Shown here: piece by piece, positions 28,972-37,391 of the stretch
Layout: every line of letters starts with the position of its first letter
Numbering within the stretch: position 1 is the first letter of the stretch
Assembly (NCBI GenBank): GCA_016794255.1
Contig: JAEUIL010000258.1
Coordinates: 1-37,391 of the forward strand
Reading direction: 5' to 3'
Source of the DNA: Planctomycetaceae bacterium
GTDB lineage: Bacteria > Planctomycetota > Planctomycetia > Pirellulales > PNKZ01
DNA: 37,391 bases
Translations under genes and position numbers: made by a program
Notes under the pieces: generated by a model
Seen by the model: the letters and a program-made list of their open reading frames with translations, nothing else
Databases searched by the model: none
Told to the model about the DNA's origin: nothing

Positions 28972-29087
28972 CGAGGCGTGTAAAGCAGCGGAGTCGCGGC
29001 GTCGATTGTAATCAACGGCTTGCGATCAGGGGCCTCAATTCGGATCAACGACCGGGCGAAAACCCGTCTCCATTTTGCTCGCGACAC

Positions 29088-31271
29088 CTACTTGGCCCAC
29101 CCGCGGAACAGCGCCTCCAGTTCGCGCGCGAAGCCGACGTTCTCGTACAGCACGCCGCACGAGGCGAGAATTTTTTCGCGCACCTCGGCACGCCAGGCGG
29201 GATCGTTGCCCAACCGCAGCGCAAGCCGGACGTAATCATCACGGTCGCGAGCTACGAGATCGAGCACGTTGATGAGCCGGTAGCAACCGTGGGTTACCTG
29301 GCTGCGTTGGAACGGGCCCGGCAATGTGACGACCGTCGCGCCGATCCCGAGCGCGTCGCAACTCGTCGTACCGCCCGAAAACCGCGGCGTGTCGAGCACG
29401 GCGTGAGCGTGGTCCATCACCTGCAAATACTCGGGACCGATCATCCGCGGCAAGAACGCGATCCGGTCGTACACGTCGGGCAACGCACGACGCAAACGTT
29501 GTTGCATCAGCGCGGTCCACGACGGATGCCGGCCGCAGAAGAAGTACAACTTGCCCAGAGGGTCTGCGCGGAGAATTTGGCCGAACAGTTCGTCGTCTTG
29601 CGGATGATACTTGAACAACGTCTGAGCGGTGACGTAGCGATGCGCGTCGGCGTCGAGGCCCAACTCGGCCAGCGTCTTGCGAACCTCGGGCAAACGCGGA
29701 CGGCGGTAGAACGACGGCAGCCGATCAAGCAACACCAGCCGTTCGCTGTAGTGCTCTTGAGCGTTGTCCGGTTCCATCAATCGGGATGACACGAAGTAGT
29801 CGATCGTGGGAACACCGGTGGTCACGGGATGTCCGCCAAGCACGCACTGCACCGGCGCCAACCGGGCAAATGCCAGATAGTTCGTCCACGGGTCCATACC
29901 CAAATCGGCGAACACCAGCACGTCGAGCTCCAACGCGGCAATCTGTTCGCGAGCGCGGGGCAAAGCGAAGTCGAGTTCCACGCAGCGGTGACCGGCCTGA
30001 GCGATCTCACGGGCCACGGCGTCGTCGGGCGTGGTGGGCCGAAGCACGATCAACTCGAATTCATCGTGCGACATCGCGCCGATCATCCCGGCATAGTGCT
30101 TGCCCACGGGGTGATCGAAAAAGTACTTCGACACAAAGCCGATGCGCGGCTTGCGATTCGACGGACGCGGCGCGGCGCCGGGTTGACAATGCGGCGCGAC
30201 AAACGCCAGCGACGGCGTGGCATGCAGCAGCAACTTGGCAAGCTGCTGCTGAAACGCCTTCTCGTTCAAGCCTTGATACGACAGATAAAACGGCGTGATG
30301 CCGATGTCTTGCACCGGATCGTCGACACGCAGCGGTCGGGCGAGCAACGCGGCAAAGTCGGCCTCCATCCGCTGCCGGGTTTCGACCATCTCGGCTTCAC
30401 TTTGCGACACTACATACGTTTGCAACGCAATGCGGATGCGCAGGCCATCGTTCGGTTTGATCTCGAGCGCGCGGCGATAAGCCTCCGCCGCCTCGTCGAC
30501 TTTGCCTTGCTGTGCGAGCACCGACGCCAGTCCGGTCGCCGCGTCGTACAGCGTGGGATCGATTCGCAAAGCCTGTTCGTAGGCGATCCGCGCGGGCTCG
30601 GCCTGGTTCTGCTCGAAACACAAGCTGGCCAGATTGTTGTGCGCGACTGCGTACTTGGGGTTAATAGCGATGGCCCGTTGATAACACGCCTGGGCCTCGC
30701 CGGGTCGACCGAGCTTTTGATGAATCCAACCCAAATTCGTGTGCGCACGCACATAGTTGGGATCGAGGGCGATCGCTTGCTCGAACAGACGCTGCGCCTC
30801 GGCCGTTTCGCCGCGCTCGAGGATCGCGGTGCCGAGGTTGTTGAGCGCTGGAGCGTAGTTCGGCCGCAGTCGCAAGCTCTCGCGCAAGTCGGCGATCGCC
30901 TCGGTCGTGCGTCCGAGCGCTTTGAAGACATTGCCGCGATTGTAATAGACATCGGCACTTTGCGGCGTGAGCTGCACGACCTCGTTATAACATGCGAGCG
31001 CGCGTTGATTGTCGTTCAGCCCGGTGTACGCTGCGCCGAGATTGCCGAGCATTTGCGACGTGCGTCCACCGAGTTGCATCGCGGCCTGGATCAATTCGAC
31101 CGCCCGAGCGGCGCGGCCCGATTGATACTCGACCACGCCCAGCAGATGGAGTGCGTCGATATTGCGAGGTTCTTGATTGAGCACCGCCTGATACAGCGGC
31201 CCGGCCTCGGTGAACCGCCCCGCGGTGTGATGCTGGAAAGCCTGTTGCAGCAGTTCGGCAGCGGTGGGCAT
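29088..31271 (-). CDS. TPR-repeat protein fused to a GT41 (O-GlcNAc-transferase / SPINDLY-like) glycosyltransferase domain
   Basis: About 300 aa of canonical TPRs (A..Y..AL...P....A...LG). A COG3914/GT41-like C-terminal half follows (IGFVSKYFFDHPVGKHYAGMI..., VTLPGPFQRSQVT...). ATG start. Confidence 0.85.
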   Translation of the reverse strand: MPTAAELLQQAFQHHTAGRFTEAGPLYQAVLNQEPRNIDALHLLGVVEYQSGRAARAVELIQAAMQLGGRTSQMLGNLGAAYTGLNDNQRALACYNEVVQLTPQSADVYYNRGNVFKALGRTTEAIADLRESLRLRPNYAPALNNLGTAILERGETAEAQRLFEQAIALDPNYVRAHTNLGWIHQKLGRPGEAQACYQRAIAINPKYAVAHNNLASLCFEQNQAEPARIAYEQALRIDPTLYDAATGLASVLAQQGKVDEAAEAYRRALEIKPNDGLRIRIALQTYVVSQSEAEMVETRQRMEADFAALLARPLRVDDPVQDIGITPFYLSYQGLNEKAFQQQLAKLLLHATPSLAFVAPHCQPGAAPRPSNRKPRIGFVSKYFFDHPVGKHYAGMIGAMSHDEFELIVLRPTTPDDAVAREIAQAGHRCVELDFALPRAREQIAALELDVLVFADLGMDPWTNYLAFARLAPVQCVLGGHPVTTGVPTIDYFVSSRLMEPDNAQEHYSERLVLLDRLPSFYRRPRLPEVRKTLAELGLDADAHRYVTAQTLFKYHPQDDELFGQILRADPLGKLYFFCGRHPSWTALMQQRLRRALPDVYDRIAFLPRMIGPEYLQVMDHAHAVLDTPRFSGGTTSCDALGIGATVVTLPGPFQRSQVTHGCYRLINVLDLVARDRDDYVRLALRLGNDPAWRAEVREKILASCGVLYENVGFARELEALFRGWAK

Positions 31272-31364
31272 CGGGGTAATGGCTGAGTGTGAGGTGAGGA
31301 GCCGGGCAACAATATTGAGGACTCGCTTCGGTTCGCTGCCGGAACTGCGCGGACTTGTTCCGCC

Positions 31365-32588
31365 CTACGGCATGGCTGCGGCGCGCTCTTTGATTCGGGC
31401 ACGAACGCGGGCTGGATCCAAAAGACCTAGACGCATGATCGCGCAAATCGCGTCGATGTCGCTCGGGCCAATCGCCGTGCCGGTCGGCAACACGATCACT
31501 TTCGCGGCCACGCGCTCGGTCTCGCTCAGCATCAAATGGGCGTTCGGAAAGTACGAGCGGTACGGCTCCATGCGATGCGCACCGGGCCAAAAGTATCGCC
31601 GAGCCCGAATGTTTTCGGCAAACATCAGCTCGATCAACTCGTCGCGGGACAAGCCGGCTGCTGGTTCGTCGACCTCGATGACCACGTACTGATAGTTGGG
31701 CGTCTCGGCCGAGTCGTACGCGATCGGCGTGATGCCGCGGACCTGGCGAAGCTGCTCGCAATAATGCAGATAATTACGACGGTTGACCGCCACGAAGTCG
31801 CCACAGCTATCGAGTGACGTGAGCCCCATCGCGGCCGAGAGTTCGCACATCTTGCCATTCGTACCGATGTGATTCACTTTGTCGAAATGGACGAAGCCGA
31901 AGTTACGCATCAGCCGCATCTTTTCGGCCAGCGCGTCGTCGTTTGTGACCACCGCGCCACCTTCGCCCGAGTTGACGAACTTCGTGGCATGAAAGCTCAG
32001 CACCTCGGCCCGACCAAAGCCGCCGACCCGCCGACCTTGATGCGTGCAGCCAAACGCATGAGCCGCGTCATACAACACGGCCAAGTTGCGTTTGGCGGCG
32101 ATGCTCTCGATCGCATCGGTATCGCAGCCGCGACCCCAGAGATGCACGCCGATGATGCCCGTGGTGCTGGGCGTGATGAGCGCTTCGATCTTGCTCGGGT
32201 CGATGTTGTGCGTCGCGGGATCCATGTCGCAAAAGACCGGCGTGATCTCTTGCCATTGCAGGGCATGGGCCGTGGCGACGAACGTATAGCTGGGCAAAAT
32301 CACCTCGCCCGACAGGTCAAGGGCGCGAATCGCGATCTCGAGCGCGATCGTGCCGTTGCACATCGCCAGACAGTGTTTCACGCCACACGCCTCGGCCACG
32401 CGGCGTTCAAACTCGCGTACCAGCGGACCATCGTTCGACAGCCAGCGATTGGCGAGCATCGTGTTGATACGCTCGTGCAGTCGCTGCGGATCGCCGACAT
32501 TCGGCCGACCGACATGCAGCAGATCGTCGAACGCCGGCGGAGCGCCGAACAGGGCGAGATCGTCGAACGCTAATTTAACTCGTGTCAT
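31365..32588 (-). CDS. DegT/DnrJ/EryC1/StrS-family PLP-dependent sugar aminotransferase
   Basis: GPLVREFERRVAEACGVKHCLAMCNGTIALEIAIRAL and the PLP-lysine context LSFHATKFVNSGEGG. The ATG at 32588 overlaps the upstream stop as ATGA. The ORF-track TTG at 32600 is less likely. Confidence 0.9.
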   Translation of the reverse strand: MTRVKLAFDDLALFGAPPAFDDLLHVGRPNVGDPQRLHERINTMLANRWLSNDGPLVREFERRVAEACGVKHCLAMCNGTIALEIAIRALDLSGEVILPSYTFVATAHALQWQEITPVFCDMDPATHNIDPSKIEALITPSTTGIIGVHLWGRGCDTDAIESIAAKRNLAVLYDAAHAFGCTHQGRRVGGFGRAEVLSFHATKFVNSGEGGAVVTNDDALAEKMRLMRNFGFVHFDKVNHIGTNGKMCELSAAMGLTSLDSCGDFVAVNRRNYLHYCEQLRQVRGITPIAYDSAETPNYQYVVIEVDEPAAGLSRDELIELMFAENIRARRYFWPGAHRMEPYRSYFPNAHLMLSETERVAAKVIVLPTGTAIGPSDIDAICAIMRLGLLDPARVRARIKERAAAMP

Positions 32589-33442
32589 ACGTGATCCCAA
32601 AGCACGACTTTCACAATCCCATCAACGCATCGCACGAGCAGTTTATTCTCGTACTCCATCATCACCTGTCCGGGCAAGCCATTACTGAACCGCGCGAGCA
32701 CATGCGAATTCGTTATCGGTTGGGCCTCAAAAATGCGAATCACTCGATCGAGCAAAGTTGCCTTTGTACCCAGGCTGCGCACGCCGAACGCCCGGATGCG
32801 GTTGAGTATCGGGACAGCCTGCATTTTGCAAAAGTTGACCTCGGCATCTCCGGGTTTGCGACTGTAATAGGACCCTGCGCCCGTCTGGGTGATTCCTCGA
32901 TAGCGAAAGTTCGAATCGACTAGTAGTTTCATTCCCTCGCTGAAGACAGCTCCCTCGAAATCAAACAGCAATCGATACAGCAGGCCAAGATCGACATCAG
33001 GCGTTAATTCAAAACGATCCTGATAAACAATCGGTCCCGTATCAATGCCTTGATCCATGAAATGCATGGTAGCGCCGGCGAAAGACTCGTCAAACAGCAG
33101 CGCGCCATTGATGGGATGGATCCCTTTCAACCACGGCAGATAGGAAGGGTGTACGTTGAGAAAAACGCGACGTTGGTCGGCGAGTTGATCGATCGGGAGC
33201 TTGAGCGGACAACCGTTTGAAATCAGTACATCAAATGAACAGGCATGGAGTTCCGCGAAAATGGCTTTCTTGTCGGCCACTTTGAAGGGAGTGAAAGGAG
33301 TGCCAGACGCCGCCAAGTGTTTAGCCAAAAAGCTGTCCTCGACCGCAAACACCCGTTCGATCTGCAGTTCACTAAACTGGGCGCATTGCTTCCAGACAGC
33401 GGTGCGATTGCCGATGAATGCGACGCGAAAGGTTTGTGACAT
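32585..33442 (-). CDS. Formyltransferase-fold enzyme, probable sugar N-formyltransferase
   Basis: FLNVHPSYLPWLKGIHPI (catalytic Asn/His as in Fmt/PurN/ArnA) and MDQGIDTGPIV (catalytic Asp context). Its stop overlaps the start of the adjacent DegT aminotransferase gene (ATGA). Confidence 0.85.
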   Translation of the reverse strand: MSQTFRVAFIGNRTAVWKQCAQFSELQIERVFAVEDSFLAKHLAASGTPFTPFKVADKKAIFAELHACSFDVLISNGCPLKLPIDQLADQRRVFLNVHPSYLPWLKGIHPINGALLFDESFAGATMHFMDQGIDTGPIVYQDRFELTPDVDLGLLYRLLFDFEGAVFSEGMKLLVDSNFRYRGITQTGAGSYYSRKPGDAEVNFCKMQAVPILNRIRAFGVRSLGTKATLLDRVIRIFEAQPITNSHVLARFSNGLPGQVMMEYENKLLVRCVDGIVKVVLWDHV

Positions 33443-33501
33443 GGAAGCGGTCGACTAGCGATGCGAAACGAACATTATTACGCGAAGGTGGCAGCGGGGT
33501 T

Positions 33502-34410
33502 TCAAGCCAGTTCGCCGTCACGATACAAGGGGAAATACGACGAGGACAAGTTCTTGTCTCGACAGAGTTCTTGATATCTTCGCGGATCGAGGATCTTGCC
33601 GGCGAAAAACACGCGTCGCGTACAGTTTGACCAGCCACGTTTGAAGCGCGACAAGCCATCGTCACTGGCCGGGTCGAGTCCGGCGCTGGCTCCCAAATCG
33701 AGCCAGCGTACGCGTTGAAAAAAATAGTCTAATGAGTAGTGGTACAAAGCGTAGGACGCGTTTGCCTTATAACCCTCTGGCGTAAACGCTGCGAGATGAT
33801 TGTAAGCATAGTCACCTTGAACATACCACAATTGCGCTCCTACGGTTCCGGACGCATCGTAGGCGCGAAAGGCAACGATCCCCGGAACGGCCAACTGCTG
33901 AGCAAATGCAGTCGGCGAGAACCGCTTAATACCCCGGAGATTGTGACGTTGAGCCAAATGGGCATACAGTACGTCCCATTCGTCGAGAAACGCCGCGGGC
34001 TGTTCAATGACCTCGACTTGCACGGTTCGCTGGGCGACACGCGTGTAGTATCGATGATGACTGGACACAAACTCGGCCGGCGATTGGCTCAAGTCTACGG
34101 TGAAGTGCGTCTTGAATGGCTTGCAACGGTCGGAAAAGCAACTCGTCAATTCCGATTCGTTCAAATCCGCGAAAGGATCAGTTACCAGTGCCACACTTAC
34201 GAGCGGTTGAGTTGCTTCAGTGAGTATTTGCAAGTCATCTGCCAATTGACTCCAGTCCTGGCAGCAAAAGCGGGGATACAAACCCATCGCATCGCGCTCG
34301 CCGCCTTGAATGCCGCGCACAAGTAACCAACCGCCAGACCGCGGCAATTCGAGCGGCACGCCCCATTCACCCAGCGACTCGGCATATTCACGACTCAAGT
34401 AGCCGGTCAT
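33502..34410 (-). CDS. FemAB/CelD-like (Acetyltransf_6, GNAT-fold) acyl- or aminoacyl-transferase
   Basis: The C-terminal pattern YNHLAAFTPEGYKANASYALYHYSLDYF...WLDLGASAG...DGLSRFKRGW resembles the FemAB/BioF2-like acetyltransferase family. The ATG at 34410 overlaps the upstream stop as ATGA. The ORF-track extension to 34617 overlaps the upstream gene and is rejected. Confidence 0.62.
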   Translation of the reverse strand: MTGYLSREYAESLGEWGVPLELPRSGGWLLVRGIQGGERDAMGLYPRFCCQDWSQLADDLQILTEATQPLVSVALVTDPFADLNESELTSCFSDRCKPFKTHFTVDLSQSPAEFVSSHHRYYTRVAQRTVQVEVIEQPAAFLDEWDVLYAHLAQRHNLRGIKRFSPTAFAQQLAVPGIVAFRAYDASGTVGAQLWYVQGDYAYNHLAAFTPEGYKANASYALYHYSLDYFFQRVRWLDLGASAGLDPASDDGLSRFKRGWSNCTRRVFFAGKILDPRRYQELCRDKNLSSSYFPLYRDGELA

Positions 34411-35429
34411 CGTGCCACCTCGCGCTCGACAATCGTCGCCAGACGCTGCATCACCGTGGCATCGTAACGCTGATCGCACGGCAGGGTCATGATGCGGCTC
34501 GCGAGTCGATGTGCCGCAGTGCACTCGGCTGGAACGGAACTCCCAAGCGGCCAATGCACCGGCGGGAAAATTTCCTCGGCAAACAACGCCTGCCGGACGG
34601 CATCGCGATGGTCGCACACCAAGGGAAACCCGATCGGCACGACGTCCGCGGGTAACTCAGGATAGAGGGCCCAGTCGGCGAGTCGTTCGAGCAGGACGCG
34701 ATAATTCTCCCGGCGACGAGCCGCGATGCCGGGCCAATCGATCTCGCTCCAGAGCATGTCGCGCGACGCCTCGCTGATCGTACACGGAACTCGCGGCTGT
34801 TCCGCCTCGGCCCTTTGAAAAAGCGTGAACCAGCGACGCTCGCCACCGACGCGATCGAACTCGGCACGTTCGTCGGCCGCTTGTGTGGCGAGTGCGAGCC
34901 AGTCGCCGGGTGGTTCGGGCAGCGTGATGTGTGGCAACGATGCACCGCGACGCGCACCGAGCAACCCGCCGTCGATCACGCCGAGAAACTTGCGAAAGCT
35001 GTAGACGACATAGTCCGCCTCGTGACCCACAAACGGACTGAGTAGCGCCTGCGCGGCATCCTCGACGATCACAGCACCGCGCGAACGCAAGTCACGCATT
35101 AACTCGCGATCGGCCGGAAAACCAAACTCGTCCAGCACCACGACCAATTCGCCCGCGTTCACTCCACCTGACCAATCGACTTCACCGCGATCATAGAAGC
35201 GAATCGCGGACGCATGGGTCGCCAAGGCACCGATCACCAGGGGACAGTTGAACGCCGGCAGCCAAATCCGCTTCGGTTGCAAATGCTCTGCCAGCACCAT
35301 GAATGCCGAGCGGGCGTTGACCAACCACAGATCACCGGCGCGCACAAACGGAGGCGTGCGACGAACCGTGGCCAGTGCCACGGGCTCTCGCCCGAACATG
35401 CCGCCGACGATTCGCGGTGGTTGGATCAA
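34407..35429 (-). CDS. DegT/WecE-like PLP-dependent enzyme (second aminotransferase-fold gene)
   Basis: IVGGMFG N-terminal motif, NARSAFMVLAEHL...IWLPAFNCPLVIGAL, VEDAAQAL, and the PLP-lysine context YSFRKFLGVIDGG. TTG start with an AAGGTAG SD 6 nt upstream. Confidence 0.7.
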   Translation of the reverse strand: MIQPPRIVGGMFGREPVALATVRRTPPFVRAGDLWLVNARSAFMVLAEHLQPKRIWLPAFNCPLVIGALATHASAIRFYDRGEVDWSGGVNAGELVVVLDEFGFPADRELMRDLRSRGAVIVEDAAQALLSPFVGHEADYVVYSFRKFLGVIDGGLLGARRGASLPHITLPEPPGDWLALATQAADERAEFDRVGGERRWFTLFQRAEAEQPRVPCTISEASRDMLWSEIDWPGIAARRRENYRVLLERLADWALYPELPADVVPIGFPLVCDHRDAVRQALFAEEIFPPVHWPLGSSVPAECTAAHRLASRIMTLPCDQRYDATVMQRLATIVEREVAR

Positions 35430-35530
35430 GCCGACTACCTTACATAAAGAGCGAAATATCGTGGCGCGAGTGCATGTCGTGAAATCGGTTTCACCCGCCA
35501 GTGCTTGGCAAACGAATCAACTCGTCAGGC

Positions 35531-36268
35531 CTAACGCTTGCAAACTAAATATATGCTGGCCGTGAGTTGCGGGTATTCATCGCCCAACTGGTAGCAGGCT
35601 TCCATGAACTCATCCGAGATCAGGTTCCCACCCACGAGGGCGTCGAACTGAAAATTCGCTAGTGCCTTAAAAAAGACACCTCCCGATCGCACGATGGTCA
35701 AACCGGCGGCGCGGGCATCTCGTTGAAACGTGTCCATGACATAGATTCGCCGATGACCACCACGATGATCGGCGGGTGCAAAGTCAGTCAGTTCTTTCAA
35801 GAGTCCCATCTTGACGGCGATTTGCCGCGACACGGCGTTGCCGTTCGGAACGATTGCGTGAATGCGCCCTTGAGGAGATAGCAGATCGCTAGCCTTCCGC
35901 AACACCTCAACGGGATCGATCAAGTGCTCGAGCACGTGCATCAGAAAAATATTGTCGTACTTGCGATCGGACGTGAAGTCCTCGAACAGCGCTTGATGAT
36001 AGACTGCCTTGTCACCCACGCGTTGCCGTGTGATCTCAAGAAACTGCGCGGCCGCGTCCACCACGGTCAGGTCTGAGTAGCGTTCGGCCAACAGACTCGT
36101 GAACTCGCCGTACATGCACCCCATTTCCAAGGCGCTACCCGGAACGAGAAACGGTTCGAGCGAACGCAACATCCAATGCCGCATCAGACGATCAAAATTC
36201 GAGTTGTCATATCCGGCGGCAAGTTGATTCAGATTCTGAAACTCTGCAGCCAATTCCTGACGGGACAT
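35531..36268 (-). CDS. Class I SAM-dependent methyltransferase
   Basis: Motif I ALEMGCMYGEF, acidic loop LTVVDAA, motif post-II DNIFLMHVLEHL, LLSPQGRIHAIVPN. ATG start with a GGAG SD. Confidence 0.85.
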   Translation of the reverse strand: MSRQELAAEFQNLNQLAAGYDNSNFDRLMRHWMLRSLEPFLVPGSALEMGCMYGEFTSLLAERYSDLTVVDAAAQFLEITRQRVGDKAVYHQALFEDFTSDRKYDNIFLMHVLEHLIDPVEVLRKASDLLSPQGRIHAIVPNGNAVSRQIAVKMGLLKELTDFAPADHRGGHRRIYVMDTFQRDARAAGLTIVRSGGVFFKALANFQFDALVGGNLISDEFMEACYQLGDEYPQLTASIYLVCKR

Positions 36269-36319
36269 GAGAGAAGCTCCGAAACTGGTTGAAATGCAAG
36301 GGAACGCGTCAATCGCTCG

Positions 36320-37099
36320 CTAATCTTGATCTGCGCGGTACGTCCGCTGCTCAGCGGGTTGGTACCATTCGTCTAGATTGGCTGGAACTCGAGCGTTGTA
36401 GCCCAATAGTTGCCGCGTGTCGTCGTCGAGGCCTTGTTCGTATTCGCTACTCAAATAGCGAGGATAATCCAATTGCTGTTTGAAGAAGGGACGCGTGTAA
36501 GTCAGCGTTAATCCCCGACGTTTGACGCCCACCCGATTCTCGCCCGCGGCGTGCCAAATCGCCGAGTCGAACACGCCCAACGAACCGCGCCGTCCCACGA
36601 GGCGCGCCGAGTACTTCTCAAACCATTCGTCGCTGGGCCGATCAACGACGTGATGAGAACTGGACAGCAAATGGGTCGCTCCGTTGTCCAGCGTAAAGTC
36701 GTCGATTAACACCATCACGGTTACCATCATCGGGTGTCCCGGAAAACAGACACGCACGTCCCGATGGGGACGTTTGTAGTAAGTCGTATCCGAGGTTTGG
36801 TTCGCAATTCCGCCATACGAATTGAGGATGATCTTTCCACCCAGGTAATGGGAAATCTCTGCATTCAAATAGTTTCGCCGCAACAGTTCGTCGAGACTGT
36901 CGTTGAAGCCAAAGACATGATGGGCTGAACCTTCCGAGCGCTCCAACAATCCACGCCGCGCACGATAGTCGTGTGATCGTGCGATCGCCTTCTCGAGGTC
37001 CTCGCCTAGGCGATCCAGAAACGCGGGCTCAATCATATTCTCGATGATGAGCCAGCCGCGAGTTCGCATTAGATAATCAAACTCAAGCGCATCAAGCAT
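36320..37099 (-). CDS. Phytanoyl-CoA dioxygenase (PhyH) family Fe(II)/2-oxoglutarate oxygenase
   Basis: RPHRDV (HxD facial-triad part), distal His in AIWHAAGEN, Arg in KRRGLTLTY. Typical PhyH N-terminus GWLIIENMIEPAFLDRL. Confidence 0.85.
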   Translation of the reverse strand: MLDALEFDYLMRTRGWLIIENMIEPAFLDRLGEDLEKAIARSHDYRARRGLLERSEGSAHHVFGFNDSLDELLRRNYLNAEISHYLGGKIILNSYGGIANQTSDTTYYKRPHRDVRVCFPGHPMMVTVMVLIDDFTLDNGATHLLSSSHHVVDRPSDEWFEKYSARLVGRRGSLGVFDSAIWHAAGENRVGVKRRGLTLTYTRPFFKQQLDYPRYLSSEYEQGLDDDTRQLLGYNARVPANLDEWYQPAEQRTYRADQD

Positions 37100-37127
37100 G
37101 TGATGAACCTCAAATGGTGCTCATGAA

Positions 37128-37391
37128 TTAAGCGGCGCTAGTTTCGGCAACCTTCGCCGTCAAGAATTGCTCCAACTCGCGAATGAATCCCTGTTGTTCG
37201 TAGACCAGATGCTGGCCAGCCAAAATCGCCTCGCTGATCCGCTTGCGGAACTCGGGCTCGGTTCCTAGGCGAACGGCGATCCGCACGTAGTCGTCGAGGT
37301 CGCGGGCCACGCAATCGGTCACGCCGAGCTTTTCGTACAACGCTTTGGTCACTCGGCCGCGCATGAACTCGCCGGGCAACGTGACAATCGG
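37128..37391 (-). CDS. C-terminal end of a second GT41/SPINDLY-like transferase (3' part only; the gene continues beyond the window)
   Basis: LPGEFMRGRVTKALYEKLGVTDCVARDLDDYVRIAVRLGTEPEFRKRISEAILAG...YEQQGFIRELE aligns ungapped with the C-terminus of 29088..31271. 37 of the first 70 positions are identical by hand count. The frame is open to the window end. Confidence 0.7.
   Translation of the reverse strand, partial: PIVTLPGEFMRGRVTKALYEKLGVTDCVARDLDDYVRIAVRLGTEPEFRKRISEAILAGQHLVYEQQGFIRELEQFLTAKVAETSAA

Noticed and set aside
28972-29087. Hairpin gaccggg-cgaaaa-cccgtc downstream of the GT41 gene, considered as a terminator.
   Set aside because: It is a short bulged stem with no T-run on the minus strand. 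There is not enough support to call it a terminator.
34411-34617. N-terminal extension (MRPSRCRPAG...) of the FemAB-like ORF.
   Set aside because: It overlaps the 3' end of the DegT-like gene in another frame and is Arg/Cys/Gly-rich. The ATG at 34410 gives a clean ATGA junction.

Overview
High-GC bacterial chromosomal window (single 60-nt lines I hand-counted give 38-40 G+C in most genes). Gene content and intergenic repeat style look Planctomycetota-like; this is inference only. I found no rRNA, tRNA, CRISPR array, transposase, integrase or recognisable defence genes. There are four blocks. (1) 1-10855: a dense two-component phosphorelay neighbourhood with three hybrid sensor kinases that show no transmembrane segments in the visible parts, an Hpt protein, a single-domain receiver and a sigma-54 enhancer-binding protein. 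A perfect -24/-12 promoter sits in front of the receiver-Hpt operon. (2) 11285-17558: mixed genes, namely two paralogous mini BON-domain proteins (one behind a second perfect sigma-54 promoter), a small secreted protein, a family-IV esterase, a secreted thioredoxin-like protein, a DEAD-box helicase and a HEAT-repeat membrane protein. (3) 17813-28971, all minus strand: an M16 peptidase pair, a tagaturonate-reductase-like enzyme, a Tat-exported Gfo/Idh/MocA oxidoreductase, a 1112-aa triple beta-helix protein and a Tat-signal tandem alpha/beta-hydrolase. Four successive intergenic gaps in this block each hold a structured palindromic repeat: two related tandem-repeat-armed elements and two 76-nt nested-hairpin copies bracketing the oxidoreductase gene. 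(4) 29088-37391, all minus strand and operon-like: a sugar-tailoring island with a PhyH dioxygenase, a SAM methyltransferase, a DegT-like enzyme, a FemAB/CelD-like transferase, a formyltransferase and a DegT aminotransferase. It is bracketed by two paralogous TPR/GT41 (OGT/SPINDLY-like) transferases and has mosaic GC content. This island is my best candidate for an undescribed system, probably protein glycosylation with a doubly N-substituted amino sugar. The structured intergenic repeat families and the sigma-54-wired phosphorelay are the next most interesting signals. Most other six-frame ORFs are antisense artefacts of high GC content.
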